DNA of 64,000 nt from an uncultured Candidatus Saccharibacteria bacterium. GTDB lineage: Bacteria > Patescibacteriota > Minisyncoccia > Minisyncoccales > Staskawiczbacteraceae. A program made the translations under genes and the position numbers. This document shows positions 34,519-43,329 of the stretch, one piece after another. Within the stretch, counting starts at the first letter, position 1; every line of letters starts with the position of its first letter. The notes under the pieces were generated by a model. The model had not been told where the DNA came from, did no database searches, and worked only from the letters and a program-made list of their open reading frames with translations. The stretch spans positions 71,947 through 135,946 of the forward strand of contig CAYRHW010000001.1 of the NCBI GenBank assembly GCA_964424305.1, written 5' to 3'.

Positions 34519-34536
34519 AAAGGGGCTTACAAGCTC

Positions 34537-34568
34537 AAAAAAGGCGAGACACACGTGTCTCGCCTTTT
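34537..34568. terminator. Bidirectional terminator
   Basis: AAAAAA-GGCGAGAC-ACACGT-GTCTCGCC-TTTT between convergent genes. Confidence 0.8.
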
Positions 34569-34580
34569 CACTTACTTTTT

Positions 34581-35156
34581 TTAATTAATCGGCTCCCTGT
34601 AGGCATCATCTTTTTTTGGTTCTGTCGGTGGTTGTTTCTCCGTGTTTTCTTTTTCGGGAAATTGGGTGGATGGTGTTTGAATCTCGTCATCAGTAGGCCC
34701 CGGTTCCAGCGGCACATTTTGCTCAATTGGTTTTGGTGGGAGCACCGAGAGTTGACTTAAATCTTCCCGAGAATCAGTTGTTGCTTCTAATATGGGATCT
34801 TGCTCGTGTTCTAAAGTAGAGGGTTTTTCTTGTTCGGCGATTTCCTCTGGGGTTGCCCTTCTTGCTCCTAAAAGTAGTTTTTCCTTAACATCAGCAGCAA
34901 GTCCTTGGGCTGTTTGATCGGATACCATTAATCTCTCCTTAATTAAGGAGACTAAGTCATTTTCTTGGGTTGTCCCAAGAACAATTTCTTCAACTATCGT
35001 TAGAATTAAATCTCCGTTGAGTAATTCCTCCCTTTCTAGTTTATCGGAGATCTCATCGGGTTTCTCCTCTAAACCATACTTCTGAAGAATTTCGGCAATA
35101 GTAGTGGCAGTGTCTCTGTCAAAAAGTACTTTGCCGTAGTTATTAGTGTCATTCAT
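34581..35156 (-). CDS. Hypothetical protein (acidic, disordered C-terminus)
   Basis: 191 aa, 3 nt downstream of the VirB6-like gene; no recognisable motif. Confidence 0.55.
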   Translation of the reverse strand: MNDTNNYGKVLFDRDTATTIAEILQKYGLEEKPDEISDKLEREELLNGDLILTIVEEIVLGTTQENDLVSLIKERLMVSDQTAQGLAADVKEKLLLGARRATPEEIAEQEKPSTLEHEQDPILEATTDSREDLSQLSVLPPKPIEQNVPLEPGPTDDEIQTPSTQFPEKENTEKQPPTEPKKDDAYREPIN

Positions 35157-35159
35157 ATT

Positions 35160-37511
35160 TTATTTTTTAGGAAGATTAAAAAATGTTGATTTTGGAGGAT
35201 TCTTTGAAATATTTGAAATATGATCAGCATCTCGGCTTATTGATTGTGAGTGGGCGTCGTCCGCTGGTTGTTGTGAGGTTCTCCCTGACGCTGCGTTGTA
35301 TCCCCTTTTGAAGGTGCCGGCTATTTTCCTTCCTGCTTTTTGAAACCCTTTTCCTGTTCCCCTCAATGTTTTTCCCCCCACATTTTTAATTTGTCCTGGC
35401 AATCTTTTAGTTGCGTTTTTGGTTGCGTGACCTGCTTTCCTAAGAGCAGCAGGAACAGCTGTTTTGACTGTGCTTCCTGCTCTTGCTGTTGCGCCAACCG
35501 CCCTTTTCCCAGCCCCATATATTGTTTGCGCTACCTTCGGGGTGGTAACCGCGCCATATGCTGCGCCAGCTCCAACCGTTACGCCCTTCGCTGCTGCGCC
35601 CACTGTTCTGGCGGCGCCAGTTACTGCGGTTTTTGTTACATTGGCTACCTTGCTCGCAGTAGACACCGGTGTAGTGGGTGATTTGTAGTATGCGGGCCTG
35701 CTGGTTCGGATTGTCTTTATGTTCGTCATTAAATTTCTATGTTCGCCATCGTAGCGATCTGCTTCGGCAGTATTCCCGGCGACTCTCGCGGCAGCAGCTT
35801 TTGTTTTAAGTACCTTGCCGTAAGCTATCTGATTTTTTAGTCCTCCACCTCCGCCGCTAACAGAATCGTACATTTTTTTCTTATCGGCTGGGCTTGCTTT
35901 AGATAACGCGAGCCCAACATTTTTGCCACTCATTGCAGCAAGACCATGGGGGCTACCCTGGGTAAGAGCCTTTGCTTTTTCTCCGGGAGTCTTTAAGCTA
36001 TTAATATTGTGCCCTACTTGATCTAATTCAGCGACAGTCGGATTTTTCTTATTCTTTATCGCGCTGTCAGCAGAAAGTTTGGTGAGTACATCGGGTTGCA
36101 CTCCACGGGCAGCAGCTTTCTTAGCAAGGTTGGGGAATTTTGCAGAGTTAAGAGTTCCAGCGCTTCCTCTACTCGCTAATTCTTTCATTCCACCAGCGAC
36201 AACACTGCTAGAAGCCCCTCTTCTTTCAACGGCTTTTTTAATTTCAGTGTCAGACATGCTCTTCATTTGTTCTTGGGCAGCATTGGTTCCCTTGGCTTGT
36301 TTTGCAGCGGTTACCCCAACCTTTCTTAAGCCAACACTCTCTAAGAATCTTCCACCAGACGCAGAAACTTTAGATGCAGCATTTGATACTGCACCGGCAC
36401 CTGGAATTTGTCTGGCCATTGCTCCGGCAACCCCCGCGGCTGACCCACCAACTGATTTAACGGCACCCATTGCCCTACCGGCAACGGTAGCTCCTGCCGC
36501 CATTGCCATTGCTCCTGCTGCTCCGCTACTTTTCATTGCTAGTTTGAGGCCGACATAGAGGAACATACAGACTATAAAGACAGCAGGAAGCATGGCCGAA
36601 GCGGTTGTCCCCTTTGGTATAGCCTTGAAAACATCACCAGCAACTTTTATACAAAACATCACTCCTACCCCCACAAAGGCCCATTTTAATAGAGCCCCCA
36701 TCCACTCGTCAAAATATTTTTTAGAAAATTCGAAAGTGATACAAAAGAATGCAAACGGTGACATTATGAATAGCAATATCAGTAGTGCCCATCTTGCCAA
36801 CATAACCCCAGCCAAAAGGAAATATATGAAAGCCGAAAAAACGTAAAAAATAGCGCCGATTATGCAGAGTTTCAAATATTCGAAAGGCTCTATCCCCATC
36901 TGCGTACATTCGCCCATGCTTCTTCCCCTTATCTTGGTTCTTAGTGGTGTTAATATATCATTTTCATACTTTTCTATCGGCCCTCTTATGCTATCACCCT
37001 GAAGCCCCTTCATAATTATGTAAGAAGTATCTATAATTAGTCCGCACATTAGTGGAGTAAAGTTTATCAGGATAGCAACTATTATCAGCTTCCCCAATTT
37101 TCTTTGAGCAGCATATTCTTGAATCCTTAGCGTTGTGGCAATGCCGATGAATACAAATCCCAAAACAACCCCCATGTTAGCGATATCTCTCACTGAGGAC
37201 CATATTTTATAATAGTCAGGGTTACCAGTGATGTTATCGTGGTTAGTCATGGTCTTAAGAAAGGTAGGACTTGACACTGTTGAGAATAAGCTGATCGCCA
37301 TGTCGGCGATATAATAGGTATATCGGATTAAATCCGCAGTAGCGGTTGTGATCATCCCCAACATTTGCGTTCCTAAGCAGTCATACCATGCGGCATTGGT
37401 TATATTGGGTATTGCAATAAATAAAAAAGCAAAAAGAAAAATCAGAGATACAGAAATAATAATTGATTTTTTCTTTTTGCCCGAGAGGAAGTCTTTAATT
37501 TTTTGGAACAT
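35160..37511 (-). CDS. VirB6/TrbL-like polytopic T4SS membrane protein with ~450-aa Ala/Gly/Lys-rich tail
   Basis: 783 aa. The N-terminal ~330 aa has at least 6 TM segments in a TrbL/VirB6-like arrangement. The C-terminal part is low complexity (AGATVAGRAMGAVKSVGGSAAGVAGAMARQ...KGVTVGAGAAYGAVTTPK). Confidence 0.55.
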   Translation of the reverse strand: MFQKIKDFLSGKKKKSIIISVSLIFLFAFLFIAIPNITNAAWYDCLGTQMLGMITTATADLIRYTYYIADMAISLFSTVSSPTFLKTMTNHDNITGNPDYYKIWSSVRDIANMGVVLGFVFIGIATTLRIQEYAAQRKLGKLIIVAILINFTPLMCGLIIDTSYIIMKGLQGDSIRGPIEKYENDILTPLRTKIRGRSMGECTQMGIEPFEYLKLCIIGAIFYVFSAFIYFLLAGVMLARWALLILLFIMSPFAFFCITFEFSKKYFDEWMGALLKWAFVGVGVMFCIKVAGDVFKAIPKGTTASAMLPAVFIVCMFLYVGLKLAMKSSGAAGAMAMAAGATVAGRAMGAVKSVGGSAAGVAGAMARQIPGAGAVSNAASKVSASGGRFLESVGLRKVGVTAAKQAKGTNAAQEQMKSMSDTEIKKAVERRGASSSVVAGGMKELASRGSAGTLNSAKFPNLAKKAAARGVQPDVLTKLSADSAIKNKKNPTVAELDQVGHNINSLKTPGEKAKALTQGSPHGLAAMSGKNVGLALSKASPADKKKMYDSVSGGGGGLKNQIAYGKVLKTKAAAARVAGNTAEADRYDGEHRNLMTNIKTIRTSRPAYYKSPTTPVSTASKVANVTKTAVTGAARTVGAAAKGVTVGAGAAYGAVTTPKVAQTIYGAGKRAVGATARAGSTVKTAVPAALRKAGHATKNATKRLPGQIKNVGGKTLRGTGKGFQKAGRKIAGTFKRGYNAASGRTSQQPADDAHSQSISRDADHISNISKNPPKSTFFNLPKK

Positions 37512-37526
37512 ATTTTATTGAGTATC

Positions 37527-38381
37527 TTATAATTTTGTAATTATACCACGATTAGAAATAATAGGAAAAGTTTTTGTCAAAGTTACCCAGGCATTTATAG
37601 ATAGAGTTTCCGCTCTTCGGTCAACCTCAATGTTGTTTTGTAAAAGCCACGCTTGAACCTCTACTTTGTTTAATTTTAATCCTTTGGCAAGATTTCCTCC
37701 AATTTGTTTTCTTGGCTGGGAGAACCCAGCTTTCAAAATTTGGAAAAATAGCTTGGTATTAATTTCCGGGTTGTGTATGTTTGTTATTTTTAATATCGCG
37801 CTATCAACTTTTGGCATTGGCCAAAAAGAACCAGCCGAAACTTTACTAATAATTTCTGGCTTTCCGTATATCTGTACAGAAATTGATAAAATACTCATTT
37901 CTGGTGGTTTGGCGCAGATCCTTTGGCCAACCTCTTTCTGAACCATTAGTGTCATTGATCCCGGTTGTTTCCCGAGTGGCGGATTCTCTAAAAACATTCT
38001 AATAATTGCCGTAGCGACGTTATACGGAAGATTAGCAACCACTTTATAGCCAATCGGGAGAGAGAAGTTAATGGAAGATAGTTTCAGGGCGTCCGCGTGG
38101 ATAATCTCAACATTCTTTAAATCCTTTAATCTTTCCTTTAATATCTCTACCATCTTTCGGTCTTTTTCCACCGCGATAACCCTTTTCGCCTTTTTTGCCA
38201 GCTCCATCGTTAAAACTCCAAGCCCGGGGCCTACCTCGACGATAGTGTCGTCTTCTTTTATATCAGCAGCCCGGACGATCTTATCTAAGATCCCCCTGTT
38301 AATCAAAAAGTTCTGTCCAAATGATTTGGATGGTAGGATGCCGTAGGAATTAAGAATGTCTTTGGGAGAATTTAAGCTCAT
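37527..38381 (-). CDS. rsmA: 16S rRNA (adenine1518/1519-N6)-dimethyltransferase
   Basis: PSKSFGQNFLIN, VVEVGPGLGVLT SAM motif, ANLPYNV. Confidence 0.93.
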   Translation of the reverse strand: MSLNSPKDILNSYGILPSKSFGQNFLINRGILDKIVRAADIKEDDTIVEVGPGLGVLTMELAKKAKRVIAVEKDRKMVEILKERLKDLKNVEIIHADALKLSSINFSLPIGYKVVANLPYNVATAIIRMFLENPPLGKQPGSMTLMVQKEVGQRICAKPPEMSILSISVQIYGKPEIISKVSAGSFWPMPKVDSAILKITNIHNPEINTKLFFQILKAGFSQPRKQIGGNLAKGLKLNKVEVQAWLLQNNIEVDRRAETLSINAWVTLTKTFPIISNRGIITKL

Positions 38382-38587
38382 TTGGTCTATTATACAGGGG
38401 ATTCCCCTTTATTGGAGGGTGTGGATAAAATCTTGACTTGACCCCTCTTTAATGATATCTTAATGATAAGACCTTGACCCTGATAATAAGGGAAAAAGGG
38501 CATTAAAATATTTATAATCAACCTTTTCACAAACTGAGAAGTAAGATATTAGCTGTTGGCCGCTATATATGGGAAAGAGTAGGATTC

Positions 38588-39682
38588 TTGGCCGAATTCA
38601 AGGGGTTTTGCAAGACACCTTGTTTTTATTATAGTTTAATTTCTTTGGTTGTGCTTGCTATAATATTTTTTGGCATTAACAAATTTCCTAAAACAGTAGC
38701 CCTAACACGGGCGGGTTATGTTAGCGTTGCAGAGGCTTCATTTTTTACGCCCGTTTTAGCCAATGTGGATGATTCAAAAGAGGGGGTCTTCTTCTTTAAC
38801 CAAAGTCAGTTTCGTAGTTTAGAGGCGCCTGAATTAAAAATTATCCAAAATGATTGCTTGGCTGCTTTCTCCACCCCAAGAGTATTGTCGCCGAAGGTTT
38901 TAGGAGCAATTTTCGGACAAGGGCCACAAATTAGGAAAGAGGTTGTAGAATATGAAATTAAAGCTGGAGATACGTTTAAATCTATTGCCGCCAGCTATGA
39001 TATATCTTTAGATACGTTATTATTAGCAAACGACCTAACAAAATCTTCAAAAGTAAAAGTTGGGCAAAAATTGATTATTTTGCCAGTAACCGGTTTAGTC
39101 CACATAGTAAAATCCGGGGACACCTTAACTGCTATTGCTAAATTGTACAAAGCCAACGTGGACGAAGTCGTCGAGACCAATGATCTCTCCGACGAACTAG
39201 ATGTATATGTTGGTGATATCTTAGTCGTTCCCAACGGCACCATGCCGAAGAAAGCGCCTGTCTACGCGCAAGCATATCTACCAGATAGCTATTTCAGTTT
39301 CCCAGTTCAAGGAAGAATTACCCAGACCCTGCATTGGTACAATGGCGTGGATATTGCCAATGAATGTGGAACTCCAGTTTATGCTTCAGCCCGGGGAGTA
39401 GTTCTAAAAGCTAAATTGGATACAATCACCGGTGGGGGTAACGTTATTACAATAAGACATGACAACGGAGTTGTGAGTTGGTATGGGCATTTAGAAACGA
39501 TGCTGGTAAAAGTGGGTGATGTGGTCGGTCCGGGGGACAGAATCGGTTCAGTGGGTGGTAAGCCTGGGATGGCAGGAGCTGGTATTTCGACTGGTTGTCA
39601 TTTGCACTTCACTATTATCGGTGCCAAAAATCCATTTGCCAAACTACCCTTCGGATACCAGATGAAATATGTCTCGAGTTAG
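38588..39682 (+). CDS. LysM-domain M23 family metallopeptidase
   Basis: Two LysM repeats (YEIKAGDTFKSIAASYDISLDTLLLANDL; HIVKSGDTLTAIAKLYKANVDEVVETNDL) and an M23 core (NGVDIA..GTPVYA...GCHLHFTI). TTG start per track. Confidence 0.9.
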   Translation: MAEFKGFCKTPCFYYSLISLVVLAIIFFGINKFPKTVALTRAGYVSVAEASFFTPVLANVDDSKEGVFFFNQSQFRSLEAPELKIIQNDCLAAFSTPRVLSPKVLGAIFGQGPQIRKEVVEYEIKAGDTFKSIAASYDISLDTLLLANDLTKSSKVKVGQKLIILPVTGLVHIVKSGDTLTAIAKLYKANVDEVVETNDLSDELDVYVGDILVVPNGTMPKKAPVYAQAYLPDSYFSFPVQGRITQTLHWYNGVDIANECGTPVYASARGVVLKAKLDTITGGGNVITIRHDNGVVSWYGHLETMLVKVGDVVGPGDRIGSVGGKPGMAGAGISTGCHLHFTIIGAKNPFAKLPFGYQMKYVSS

Positions 39683-39715
39683 ATACACCTGCCCGGATAG
39701 ATGTTAGATAGACTC

Positions 39716-39748
39716 AAAAAAGCAGGGAGACCCCCTGCTTTTGTTTTT
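39716..39748. terminator. Bidirectional terminator
   Basis: AAAAA-AGCAGGG-AGACC-CCCTGCT-TTTGTTTTT. Confidence 0.8.
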
Positions 39749-39760
39749 CACAATCTGTTT

Positions 39761-40114
39761 CTATTTACACTTGATACAGAATTTTGCCTCTGGGCAGGCC
39801 TCTAACCTTTCGGCGTCCAGTTCTTTGCCACACCTTTCGCATATCCCGTACGTTCCTTTCTTTATTTTTTCTATGGCTAGGTTTACATCTCTTAGCCTCT
39901 TCTCTAGGCTATACTCAACGGATAACAATTTCTCGTATTCTTGAACCTCATCGGCCTCAGATTCCATGCCACCGCCCTCAAACTTCGGGAATTTTGTTGC
40001 CCAATCGCCCTCTGGCTTGAAATCTTCTTTCGCGAAAGAATTGAGCTCTTTTTCTAAAGATTCTTTCTCTGACAGCAGTTTTTTCTCAAGCGTCTCTTTT
40101 TCTGTTTTTGTCAT
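39761..40114 (-). CDS. DksA/TraR-family C4 zinc-finger protein
   Basis: C-terminal GTYGICERCGKELDAERLEACPEAKFCIKC, preceded by a coiled coil. Confidence 0.8.
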   Translation of the reverse strand: MTKTEKETLEKKLLSEKESLEKELNSFAKEDFKPEGDWATKFPKFEGGGMESEADEVQEYEKLLSVEYSLEKRLRDVNLAIEKIKKGTYGICERCGKELDAERLEACPEAKFCIKCK

Positions 40115-40128
40115 TTTATTTAGGTATT

Positions 40129-41172
40129 TTACTGTTTCTTTTGTACTTTATCTTCTTCTGCCCATTCGTCGATCCTTTTTAGAAATTTTTGTCTTTCGCT
40201 TTCTTCTTCTGCGGCACCCTGGTGCATTTTTTGGGCTAACCTTTCTTTTTTCTGTTCATCTTCTACACTATTTAACACAGGAACTTCTTTGTTTATTCGT
40301 TCCTGTCTTCTAATCTCTTCTTTCTTTTTTCCCTCTATCTCTGCGCGGCGCACTGCCTCTTGATCCCGTTGTTCTTTTTTAGCCCTAATGTTTTCCTGTT
40401 CCCTTAGCATTATCGTCTCGTAGGTGGTTCTCAGCGTTTCGGTAATGGTTGTAATCCTGTCTCTTAGCGTTTTTTGTTGAGCCAGGAGTTTCTGGTATTC
40501 TCCTTCTGTTGTTTTTATCTTTTCTTCGGCGGCTTGTAACTCTTGTTCGATTGCCCATCTTTTTTTCTCTAACCCCTCTCTCTCTGCCTCTAGGCTCCAT
40601 CGTTTCTTTTCCAAGTCTTTTTTGTCTTGGTTAACATTTGTGTTTCTCTCGCTTTCTTCCACAAACTTTTGTTCTTGTTCCAGTTTTTTCTCTTCTTCAA
40701 CAAAAACCTTAAGCTTATCCTCCGCATCATTCCTCGTAAGCATCTCCCTGTTTTTTTGTAACTGTAGGGGAGGTTCTTGCTCCTGTTGCAGAGATAATAG
40801 TTCCTTCTCTAGATTACTTTTTTCTGTTTCGAGATAAAAGATTTGTTGACGCTCTTCTTCGGTCGCACTTTCCTTTATTTGAGAAATGGCAATTTTCTCT
40901 TCAGCGGTTTGTTTTTGGGCGATTTCTTCCCGGGCTACCTTTTGCTTTTCAAAGTCTGCTTTTTGTATTTGTTCTTGTTTCGTTTTCTCCAGATTTGCCT
41001 TTTCAATCATTTGCTCTTCCGGAGTTTTAATCTTTACGATCTTGTCTCTTTGTTTTAACGCAATATTCTCCCTTAATTTTTGAAGATCCTTTTTCATCGT
41101 TCTAATCTCAGATCTATTCAAAAATTCCTTTAATTGTGTCTCTTCTTCGTTTTGTTGAGGAGTATTTACCAT
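40129..41172 (-). CDS. Glu/Lys/Gln-rich coiled-coil protein
   Basis: 347 aa, highly charged heptad-like sequence throughout; no catalytic motif. Confidence 0.6.
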   Translation of the reverse strand: MVNTPQQNEEETQLKEFLNRSEIRTMKKDLQKLRENIALKQRDKIVKIKTPEEQMIEKANLEKTKQEQIQKADFEKQKVAREEIAQKQTAEEKIAISQIKESATEEERQQIFYLETEKSNLEKELLSLQQEQEPPLQLQKNREMLTRNDAEDKLKVFVEEEKKLEQEQKFVEESERNTNVNQDKKDLEKKRWSLEAEREGLEKKRWAIEQELQAAEEKIKTTEGEYQKLLAQQKTLRDRITTITETLRTTYETIMLREQENIRAKKEQRDQEAVRRAEIEGKKKEEIRRQERINKEVPVLNSVEDEQKKERLAQKMHQGAAEEESERQKFLKRIDEWAEEDKVQKKQ

Positions 41173-41208
41173 AATTTGTGTGTTATTGGATTATGGATTA
41201 CCTAATTC

Positions 41209-43326
41209 TTATTTCTTCGGCTTAAATCCGGCCTCTATGGCAGAAAGATTTATCCTTCCTAGCTCGTCTACGGAGATTACTTTGACGGGAACAATGTCCC
41301 CAACCTTTAGTACTTCTTCAACACTTTTTATGTGGTAGGGAACTATTTTTGATATATGTACCAACCCATCTGTCCCTGGTAGTATCTCAACGAAAGCTCC
41401 AAAGTCAGTAGTTTTTTGTACTTTTCCCTGGAAGACCTCGCCAACCTGTACTTCTCTGGTGATCCCCTTTATCTGTTGGATTGTTGCTTCCACTGCGGCA
41501 TCGTCTGTTCCGGTGATAAAGACCAAGCCACTGTCCTCTATATCAATACTAACATTATATTGTTCAATTAACTTGTTAATTACGCTTCCTCTCGGGCCAA
41601 CAACCTCGCCGATCTTAGCAGGATCAATCTGTACTGTTCTAATTTTAGGCGCCCAGATGGAAAGTTTTTCTCGTGGAGCTGGTATTACCTTTTTGATTGT
41701 ATCAAGAATTTCTAATCTTGCTCTCTTTGCTAGGGCCAAAGCATCTTTCATCAAATCTTTATCTATACCATCAGTTTTGGTATCCATTTGGATGGCAGTA
41801 ATGCCATTTTTAGTTCCAGCCACCTTGAAATCCATCCCCCCCAAATGATCTTCTGGGCCCTGGATGTCTAGCAAGAGTTCATTTTTTGATGGGTCCTCGT
41901 GCTCCGCTAATCCAATGGATATTCCGGCGCAGGGTTCTTTAATTGGTACGCCAGCGTCCATTAGGGCCAATGTAGCGCCACAAACTGAAGCCATTGATGT
42001 TGATCCATTGCTAGAAACCACCTCAGACACAACTCTTATGGTATATGGGAATTGCTCGGCATCTGGGATTAGTGGCAGTAAGGCTTTCTCAGCTAAAGAT
42101 CCGTGTCCAATTTCTCTTCTTTTTGGTCCACGAGAGAACCCTACTTCTCCGGAAGAGTACGATGGGAAGTTGTAGTGGTGCATAAATCTCTTCTTCCCGA
42201 TAAATTCCATTCCTTCTAGTAGCTGGGAATCTCTTGGGCTACCAAGGGTTAAAATTGAAAGCACGCGAGTTAGTCCCCTCGAAAAGATGGCGGAACCATG
42301 GGTTCTTGGTAAAACCCCGACTTCTCCGTAAAGTTTTCTCAGCTCGTCCTTTTTCCTCCCATCCGGTCTTTTATTGTTCTCTATGATATTTTTGTAGACA
42401 GCTTTTTTTATCTCTTCTTCAAAATATTCGAGAGCAAGTTTTGCTTTGTTCTTGTCGGGATATTTTTCTGTAACTGTTTTTTTAAATTCCTCTCTTAGGT
42501 CATCAACGGTGGAAAGGCCCTTCTCAGTTTCTTTCATCCCCCTAACGGCTTTCTCTAGTTTGTCTTTGGCAAAATCCTTAACTTCTTTTTGTAATTGGTC
42601 GTCTGTTGTTACCGGCAAAACGATCTTTTCTTTGCCGACTGCTTTTGCGATTGTATTTTGAAAATCAATTAGTTTTTTTAACTCCACCTCGGCTGCCTTG
42701 GTTGCTTCCATTATGTCTTCTTCTGTTATCTCTTTGCCACCCATTTCAACCATATTAATTAATATCTTTTTGTTTATTTCAATGGCAGCCAATGTTAAAT
42801 CAACATCACTTTTCGCCCTTTCTGCGTAGGTAGGGTTAAATATCCACTGGCCATCTACGCGGCCAACTCGGACGATGCTTACGGGTCCGGAGAAAGGAAT
42901 GTTGGAGATAGATAGAGCAGTTGAAGCTGCAATTAGTCCCAAAACATCTGGATCATTTTCTCCATCCCAAGAAAGGCAGGTAACAACTACTTGAGTCTCT
43001 CTTTTAAATTCTTTTGGGAATCTCGGTCTTATTGCTCTGTCTATCATTCTCCCAGTTAAAACCGCATCATCGGTCGGTCTGCTCTCCCTTCTTACAAAAC
43101 GAGAACCGAAGATCCTCCCAGCAGCATAATACCTTTCTTCGTAGTCAACGGTTAAAGGAAAGAAGTCTTGATCTTCTTTCTCTACATTGGCCATCACTGC
43201 CGTGGCTAAGACTTCGGTGTCTCCCACTTGTACCAGACAAGATCCAGAGGCTTGTTCAGCCCAGTTCTTCATCTTTACCTGCAGTGTCTTATTTTGTATC
43301 TCTATTTTAAACGTTTTTTCTTCCAT
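41209..43326 (-). CDS. pnp: Polyribonucleotide nucleotidyltransferase (PNPase)
   Basis: 705 aa; two RNase PH domains, GGMDFKVAGT, KH (VVGPRGSVINKL) and S1 (GEVFQGKVQKTTDFGAFVEI). Confidence 0.97.
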   Translation of the reverse strand: MEEKTFKIEIQNKTLQVKMKNWAEQASGSCLVQVGDTEVLATAVMANVEKEDQDFFPLTVDYEERYYAAGRIFGSRFVRRESRPTDDAVLTGRMIDRAIRPRFPKEFKRETQVVVTCLSWDGENDPDVLGLIAASTALSISNIPFSGPVSIVRVGRVDGQWIFNPTYAERAKSDVDLTLAAIEINKKILINMVEMGGKEITEEDIMEATKAAEVELKKLIDFQNTIAKAVGKEKIVLPVTTDDQLQKEVKDFAKDKLEKAVRGMKETEKGLSTVDDLREEFKKTVTEKYPDKNKAKLALEYFEEEIKKAVYKNIIENNKRPDGRKKDELRKLYGEVGVLPRTHGSAIFSRGLTRVLSILTLGSPRDSQLLEGMEFIGKKRFMHHYNFPSYSSGEVGFSRGPKRREIGHGSLAEKALLPLIPDAEQFPYTIRVVSEVVSSNGSTSMASVCGATLALMDAGVPIKEPCAGISIGLAEHEDPSKNELLLDIQGPEDHLGGMDFKVAGTKNGITAIQMDTKTDGIDKDLMKDALALAKRARLEILDTIKKVIPAPREKLSIWAPKIRTVQIDPAKIGEVVGPRGSVINKLIEQYNVSIDIEDSGLVFITGTDDAAVEATIQQIKGITREVQVGEVFQGKVQKTTDFGAFVEILPGTDGLVHISKIVPYHIKSVEEVLKVGDIVPVKVISVDELGRINLSAIEAGFKPKK

Positions 43327-43329
43327 AGT

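Noticed and set aside
34515-34760. 81-aa plus-strand ORF after the SPFH gene
   Set aside because: It starts inside the terminator palindrome and runs antisense to the 34581-35156 gene.
35340-36558. Antisense ORFs in the Ala/Gly-rich tail of the VirB6-like gene
   Set aside because: They are a by-product of GC-rich low-complexity coding sequence on the opposite strand.
38420-38428. Perfect DnaA box TGTGGATAA upstream of the LysM/M23 gene
   Set aside because: It is a single isolated 9-mer far from dnaA with no AT-rich unwinding element. This is compatible with chance or minor DnaA regulation and is not an origin.
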